From an uncultured Chloroflexia bacterium (GTDB taxonomy: Bacteria; Chloroflexota; Limnocylindria; QHBO01), in contig CAWBKO010000007.1 in assembly GCA_963789435.1 (NCBI GenBank), positions 189,364-253,363 of the forward strand: a stretch of 64,000 bases of DNA, written 5' to 3'. Positions 57,896-64,000 of the stretch are shown in pieces. The stretch's first letter is position 1; every line of letters starts with the position of its first letter. The notes under the pieces are model-generated. The model did no database searches, was not told the origin of the DNA, and was given only the letters and a program-made list of their open reading frames with translations. The translations under genes were made by a program, and so were the position numbers.

Positions 57896-58936
57896 TGCTC
57901 GATCACCACCTTCCCCGTGTCACCGGCAAGGAAGCAGGCGATAGCCTCCTCGAGCTCGCCGATCCCGAAGGCGATGGGTGATGATCTGCCCGAGATAGGC
58001 TCGATTGCTCTCGCAACAGCCCAAGGTTGCCGGAAAGCGCTTCGTAGCGGAAATACTCGCTTCCCATCACTGCTCGCTCTGGACCGATCAGGTCGCGGCT
58101 CACGGACAGCCTGAGCCCCTCCCCGTGCCCAACACAGACGAGCACGCCACGGCGGCCGAGGCCGTCGAGCATTGCGCGGCGTGCTGCCTCGCTGCCGGCC
58201 GTGTCGATCGCCACATCCGCGCCGTCCGCCAGCCCGGCTCCGCGCAACGCGTCGGCCGGCTCACGGCGTCGGAGGTCGACCGGCGTCGCGCCGAGCCGTG
58301 CCGCGAGCTCAAGCCGGTAGGGATGAAGATCGGTGACGAGGATCGGCACGTCCGGCCCGAGAAGGAGGCGCGCCATCGCGACCATGCCGAGGCCGACCGG
58401 GCCGGCTCCGACGACCAGCGACCGACGCGATGTCGTCACGCACGGCCATCGCGCGGGCGAGCGCGTGCGAGGTGGTCCCCATCACGTCGAGCAGGAGGGT
58501 CGCCTCGGCGGGATCGAGCTCGGGCCCGGTGGCGAAGAAATTGGTCTCGTGAACGAGCTCGAACTGGCCGAGGCCCACCGTCGTGGGTGAAGCCCATGTC
58601 GGCCCGCTTCGCGAGGCACTGGTTCGTCGCGCCAGCCAGACATGAGCGGCATTCGCCGCAGTAGTCCATCAGGAACACCACGCCCGGCGTCCCGACCGGG
58701 GTCGACGTTCCCGGCCCTGCCGCCATGACATCGCCCGCCGTCTCGTGCCCCGGCGTGACGGCCGACCCGTCATGCAGCTGCGCGCGGTCAGTACCGCACA
58801 GGGCGTTGGCCCGTACCCGCAACAGCAGCTCGCCCATTCCGGGATCACGGACCGGACGCTCGTGGCTCCCGATTCGACCGTCGCCCAGGAAATGCGGCAC
58901 ACGCTGAACGCGCACTCCCACGGCGCCGGCCGGCAT
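57892..58936 (-). CDS. Zn-dependent medium-chain (sugar alcohol) dehydrogenase (frameshifted)
   Basis: ALCGTD, TPGHETAG, CGECRSCLAGATNQC, VGAGPVG. Confidence 0.88.
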
Positions 58937-58937
58937 C

Positions 58938-60035
58938 TCAGTTCGTCCTGTCGTACGTGAGCGCCACCTGAAGCGTGTCGCCGGGCTGCTGGAGCGCCGC
59001 GAAGCCACGGGCCGCCTCCTCGACCGGCAAGGTGAGCCGCGGAAGCCCGCCGAGCACGACCTGTCCGGAGAGCCCCATGCCGATCGTCCCCGATCGCAAT
59101 GTGCGCCACGTCTGGCCGGGATGGACGTTGCCGATCTGGCCGCAGACGACCCGGATCCCGTTGTGGTGGAACTCGTCACCAAGGACGAGGCCGGACGCTT
59201 CGCCCTGGTAGAAGCCCACCGCAACCACGGCCCCTCGACGCCGCACGACGCGGATCGCCTCGTGGAGCGCCCGGGTCGAGCCGGTGCACTCCCAGGCCAC
59301 CGGAATGCCTTCGGCGCCGTGACGTCGCTTGAGGTTCGCGGACACGTCATGGGTGGTCGACGCGTCGACCGTTTCGAGACCGAGCGAGGCCGCAATCGCG
59401 AGGCGCGCGGGCAGCCGGTCGACGACGTGGACCGGCTCCGCTCCGGTTGCCCGCACCATCTGGGCGGTCAGCAGGCCGACCACGCCGGCGCCGAACACGA
59501 CGGCCGGCCTGCCGGCGTGCTCGCCCTCCCCGTAGGCCGTTGCGTTGGCGCAGATGGGTCCCATCTGCGCGACATCCACCCCGTCGTCCCAGGTCAGCCC
59601 GTCGGGGAGTCGCTGAGCCAGCGCCGATTCGGCGGGAAGTGACGTGAACTCGGTATGGCGCCAGCTGCCGAAGACACGCGTGCCAACGGCCACGCCAGGT
59701 GCGCGGCTCTCCATGACCTCGCCGGCAGCGCGATATCCGATCACCAGGGGGTAAGCCATCGACGCCGTGCCCGCCTCGAAGAGCCGCAGCTCCTCGTTCC
59801 AGCGCTTGTGGAGATAGACGTTCGTCGCGCCCTTCCCGTAGAAGGTCATTTCGGTGCCCGAGCTGATCGCCGACTGCACCGTGCGGATCCGGACATGTCC
59901 GTCGGCCAGGGGTGCCGGGTCGTAGGCGACGCATTCGACCTCTCCGGTCTCGGTCAGCTGCACCGTCCGGCCGCCGATCTCGCCGCGCTCGATCGGACCG
60001 CGGAGCGCCTCCGGAACGGCTTGCACGTGCGTCAC
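58938..60035 (-). CDS. MDR-family dehydrogenase resembling YcjQ (D-guloside 3-dehydrogenase)
   Basis: ISSGTE (lacks the catalytic Cys), GYRAAGEV, FGAGVVG, EFHHNG. There is no structural-Zn Cys cluster. Confidence 0.8.
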   Translation of the reverse strand: MTHVQAVPEALRGPIERGEIGGRTVQLTETGEVECVAYDPAPLADGHVRIRTVQSAISSGTEMTFYGKGATNVYLHKRWNEELRLFEAGTASMAYPLVIGYRAAGEVMESRAPGVAVGTRVFGSWRHTEFTSLPAESALAQRLPDGLTWDDGVDVAQMGPICANATAYGEGEHAGRPAVVFGAGVVGLLTAQMVRATGAEPVHVVDRLPARLAIAASLGLETVDASTTHDVSANLKRRHGAEGIPVAWECTGSTRALHEAIRVVRRRGAVVAVGFYQGEASGLVLGDEFHHNGIRVVCGQIGNVHPGQTWRTLRSGTIGMGLSGQVVLGGLPRLTLPVEEAARGFAALQQPGDTLQVALTYDRTN

Positions 60036-60832
60036 GCGAGGGTCGCCGTGCCCGCGCGCTCGAGATGACCGCGCAGGAAGGCGACGGCAGAGGGCAGAAC
60101 GAGCTCCGGATCGCCGGACAGGTTGCATTCCATGGACGCCCACCCGTCGTATCCCAGGCGGTGGAGGCCGTCGAAGACGCTGGCGAAATCGAGGTGGCCC
60201 TGGCCCGGGCTCGAGCCGTTGCGAGTCCGCCAGGTGGACGTAGGCGAGCATCTCCCCGGCTTCGACCAGGGCGGCGCCCATGTCCGGCTCTTCGATGTTC
60301 ATGTGGAACACGTCGCCCATCGCCCGCACGCTCGCGCTCTCCATCGAGCGCGCCCATCGAACGGCGTCGGCGACCGTGACCGACACACTGTTCTCGTAGC
60401 GGTTGATCCCCTCGACCACCAGGGTGCCGCCAACGCGCTCGGCATGGTCCGTCGCCTCGCGAAGACCGTCGAGCCAGAGCCGCTCGTCCTCCTCGGGGAG
60501 CGGCCAGTACCACAGTTGGGCAGCTTGTTGGTGCGCCCGTAGATCGGGACCACGATCAGCGGCGCACCGAGCTGCGCCCCGAGCTCGAGGAGCCGCTTGA
60601 CGTCCTCGAGGCATGCCCGGATCTGCTCCGGGTCTGGATCGATGAACCAGCCTCGGTGGCCGGAGCACATGGCGCTGACCGGCACGCCGTCGCGCACGGC
60701 CTCCTCGGCGGCCTCGATCATCGGGAAGTGCGAGAGCTCGATCCCGTCGAAGCCGTAGCGAAGCGCGCTCTCACGCTTCTCACGCAGCGAGCTGCCGGGA
60801 ACGAGTCGGGACTGGATCGCCAGTTTCACCAT
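60032..60832 (-). CDS. Sugar phosphate isomerase/epimerase TIM barrel resembling YcjR (frameshifted)
   Basis: GFDGIEL, VEGINRYE, GDVFHMNIEE, YVHLADSQRLEPG, GYDGW.SME. Confidence 0.88.
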
Positions 60833-61800
60833 CGGCCTACGCCCACCACATCGCTCCGGCGGGCTCCGCGCAGGATCGCCTGGTTGAGGGTGCCGATCGC
60901 CCGGGTCAGGCCCTCATCGATCGAGGCAAGGCTGTCCTCGTGCTCGATCGAGAGCACATGGTCGTAGCCGACCACCCGGAGAGCGCTCACGAAGCGCTTC
61001 CAGAAGAGCACGTCGTGGCCATCACCGACACTTCGGAAGACCCATGATCTGTTGGCGATGTCGTCGTATCGCTCGAGATCCAGGACGCCATTTCGGGCCA
61101 CGTTGTAGGCGTCGAGCGCCGTGTCCTTGGCATGGACGTGATAGATCGCGCCGGCAAGATCCCTGATGGCGGCGATCGGGTCGATCCCCTGCCAGAAGAG
61201 GTGCGAAGGGTCCAGGTTCGCTCCAATCACCTCGCCGACCTCGGCCCGCAGCCGCAGCAGGGTCTTCGGGTTGTAGACGACAAAGCCTGGATGCATCTCG
61301 AAGCCGAGGCGCACCCCATGCTCCGAGGCGAAGGCACCGGCCGAGCGCCAATAGGGAAGCACGACGTCATCCCACTGCCAGGCGACGATCTCGCTGAACT
61401 CGGGCGGCCAGGCGCAGGTCACCCAGTTCGGCTGCGAGGCGTTCGGCCCGTCGCCCGGGCATCCTGAGAAAAGGTTCACGACGCCCACCCCGAGCTCGCC
61501 GGCGAGCCGCACCGTGTCGCGGAAGACGGCATCGTCGTGAGCCGCCCGATCGGCGTCCGGGTGAATCGGATTGCCGTGGCACGAGAGCGCACTGATCACG
61601 AGGTCGCGAGACGAGAACGCTTCGGTGAATTGGCGGCGGGCATCCTCGTCCATGAGGAGCTCACCCGGCTTGCAGCGCGCATCCCCCGGGTAGTTGCCCG
61701 CGCCGATCTCTACCGCCTGCAGGCCGAGCTCAACGACGCGATCGAGCATCGGTGCCAGCTCCAGGCTGCCGAATACCGGGTCGAAGACCCCGAGCTTCAT
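60826..61800 (-). CDS. Sugar phosphate isomerase/epimerase family (xylose-isomerase-like TIM barrel)
   Basis: SALSCHGNP, FEMHPG, NLDPSHLFWQG, YHVHAKD, LSIEHED. Confidence 0.9.
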   Translation of the reverse strand: MKLGVFDPVFGSLELAPMLDRVVELGLQAVEIGAGNYPGDARCKPGELLMDEDARRQFTEAFSSRDLVISALSCHGNPIHPDADRAAHDDAVFRDTVRLAGELGVGVVNLFSGCPGDGPNASQPNWVTCAWPPEFSEIVAWQWDDVVLPYWRSAGAFASEHGVRLGFEMHPGFVVYNPKTLLRLRAEVGEVIGANLDPSHLFWQGIDPIAAIRDLAGAIYHVHAKDTALDAYNVARNGVLDLERYDDIANRSWVFRSVGDGHDVLFWKRFVSALRVVGYDHVLSIEHEDSLASIDEGLTRAIGTLNQAILRGARRSDVVGVGRW

Positions 61801-61996
61801 GAAACCTCCACTGCCGATGGTTGCTGATTCAGCACTTCGTCGGCCCGTCTGGCTCCGGTCCTCCGGCCATGCCGGCGACGACCCGGCTCGTCCGCGTGCG
61901 ATCGTACTTCTATCGTCAATGGACAGAAGGGCATCTCGATCTATTCAAGAGCGGTAACGGAAGCGGTCAGAATGCGAGCCTCACCGAGGAGGACGG

Positions 61997-62927
61997 ATGC
62001 AACGTACAGCCCTGATCACCGGTGGTGCCGGCACGCTGGGGCGGGAGCTGGCACCGCTGTTGGCCGGCGAAGGCTGGAAGGTTCGGAGCGCCGATGTCCG
62101 CGTCGTCTCGCAGGAGAACGTGGAGTTCATGCGGACGGACCTTCGCCGCCCCGACGAAGTCCGCCGGGCCATGGACGGCGTCGATGCCGTCGTCCATGCA
62201 GCGGCCTGGCACGGCATGCACCTCCGTGACCATCCACGCCGCGACTTCTGGGAGCTGAACGTCGACGGGACCTTCAACGTCCTCGATGCCGCGGTCGACG
62301 CCGGTGTCGCGTCACTCGTCCTGTCAAGCACGATGGGCGTCTACGGGTCCTCGTCCCACCCCGTCGGACGACGAGCCTGCCGTGCGCGTCCATGAGGCGC
62401 TGCCGCTGCGGCCCGGCGACATCTACGGGCAGTCGAAGGTCATGGCGGAACGCCTGGTCGCCTATTTCACCCGGACGCATCACCTTCGTGCGGTCGCGCT
62501 CCGCTACGGCATGTTCGTGCCCGAGCCATTCGGCCACTACGGAGTCCGCATGCTCTACGGCGGCGTCGACGCCCGCGACGTGGCGTCGGCCAACCTGGCT
62601 GCTCTTCGGCACCTCGAGTCGCCGAGGGAGTTCGCGGCGTACAACGTCTTCTCTTCGCTGCCGTTCGACGCCGGCGACCTCGAGGAGCTACGGACACGGC
62701 CCTTGGCTGTGGTCGAACGGCACTGGCCAGATGCTCCTCGCCTGCTCGCCGCAATCGGGGCGAAGCCGTGGGGACCCATCAACACGGTCTATGACAGCGG
62801 GCGAGCCGGTCGCGAGATTGGATGGCGGCCTCGCTTCGGCTTCGCCGAGTTCGTCGCTGGCCTGAAGCGGGGCGCCAGCTCGGCGGAAGAGCTCGATCCC
62901 GATCAGTCGACGCCCGACCGCGGGTGA
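61997..62927 (+). CDS. NAD-dependent epimerase/dehydratase (extended SDR; frameshift near 62350)
   Basis: LITGGAGTLG, VVHAAA, NVDGTFNV, SST, YGQSK. Confidence 0.9.
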
Positions 62928-62938
62928 CCGGCGACCCA

Positions 62939-64000
62939 ATGCGCCGGGCGGTTCAGCTCGATGGGGAGTGGCACTTCGTTCGCGATCCCGCGGCGCGAAC
63001 GAAACGCCGAAGGGCTCCCTGCCGGTGAGCCTGTTTCCGTGCCCGGATGCTGGGAAGCGCAGATCCGAGAGCCATTCGGCATCGTGCATGCCTGGTACTG
63101 GCGAGACATCGAGGTTCCGCAGGATTGGGGCGAGGACGGCGAGGTGGTGGTCGCCTTCGGTGCGGTCATGTATCGGTGTGACGTCTGGCTCAACGGCTCG
63201 CAGGTCGGCGTTCATGAGGGCGGCTACACCCGATTCGAGATTCCACTTCCCGACCTGCGTCGTGACGCTCCCAACCGAATCGCCCTGCTCGTCACAAACC
63301 CGATGAACGCGATCGATGCATACCCGGCGCACTCCGACGAGCGGTTGTCGCGGGCCGAGGCGAGGGTCCCCGAGCTCCCGATCCGCGAGATCCCACACGG
63401 CAAGCAGACGTGGTACGCGAGCCAGAGCGGACCCTGGCGCTCGGTCAGCCTGGAGTGGAGACCGCACCATCGCCTCGAACGCATCCGAGCCGCCGCCGAC
63501 TGGGCCTCCGGAGCTGTCGTCGCCCAAACCCCGACGACTGGCGGAACGGACGGGCAGGTGGAGCTCACCGTGCTCGACCCGTCGGGAAGCGAGGTCGCCA
63601 GGGCTCTCGTCGCAGCCGGGCCGCTCGCCGCCGCCGAGCTCAACGTGCCGGAGCGCCTCCCGTGGGATCTCGAGACGCCGGCCCTCTATCGCCTGGTCGC
63701 GCGACTGCGGGTCGCGGGTCGGGTGGTCGATGAGGTCGAGACGCGCTTCGGCTTCCGCGAGATTCGGACGGAAGACGGTCGGATCGTGCTGAATGGTCGT
63801 CCCATCCTCTTGCGCGGTGCCCTCGACCAGGACCTGTATGCCGGCACGATCTCCACGCCACCGAGCAGGGAGCTGCTGGACCGTCAGCTGGCGTTGGCGC
63901 GCGAGATGGGCCTCAACCTTCTGCGCTGTCACATCAAGGTGCCGGATCCGGCATACCTGGACGCCGCAGACGAGGCCGGCATGCTGCTGTGGTGCGAGCT
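62939..64000 (+). CDS. Glycoside hydrolase family 2 (frameshifted; runs off window end)
   Basis: LDGEWHF, FGAV.Y...VWLNG..VG.HEGGYT.F, LY.L, RFGFREI, LNGRP..LRG, MGLNLLRCHIK. Confidence 0.88.

Noticed and set aside
58938-60668. 576-aa isomerase-dehydrogenase fusion
   Set aside because: The isomerase switches frames twice and ends near 60032; the dehydrogenase starts at GTG 60035.

Overview
High-GC, gene-dense bacterial chromosome segment with about 60 genes. It is inferred to be Chloroflexota- or Actinobacteria-like, from an archaeal/eukaryote-type ProRS, ThyX, F420/LLM enzymes and leaderless promoters. No rRNA, tRNA, CRISPR array, integrase or transposase was recognised. Roughly half of the genes are split across reading frames by single-base indels, most likely long-read assembly errors, so the ends of split genes are approximate. 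Content: fumC; an alpha-glucosidase; thyX; a sulfurtransferase; a leucine-catabolism cluster (mccB, methylglutaconyl-CoA hydratase, mccA, hmgL); a nucleoside hydrolase with an ECF transporter; deoD; dispersed tyrosine catabolism genes (hppD, FAH family, hmgA); two c-di-GMP genes; proS; an S41 protease; a MoxR/DUF58/DUF4129 trio; a two-component pair; Ada/Ogt; and a sugar cluster (ABC transporter, two LLM oxidoreductases, two MDR dehydrogenases, two TIM-barrel isomerases, NAD epimerase, GH2). Main findings: (1) an excisionase/BldC-like HTH domain fused in frame to the MCC biotin carboxylase subunit, with a shared motif at the mccA and mccB starts; (2) a secreted Pro/Thr/Ser-stalk membrane protein translationally coupled to a membrane GAF-GGDEF-EAL enzyme; (3) a YcjQR-like 3-keto-glycoside module; (4) a DinB-fold gene coupled to FAH that could replace maleylacetoacetate isomerase; (5) DnaA boxes at thyX; (6) an IscR/Rrf2-like operator at the sulfurtransferase; (7) pervasive leaderless promoters.
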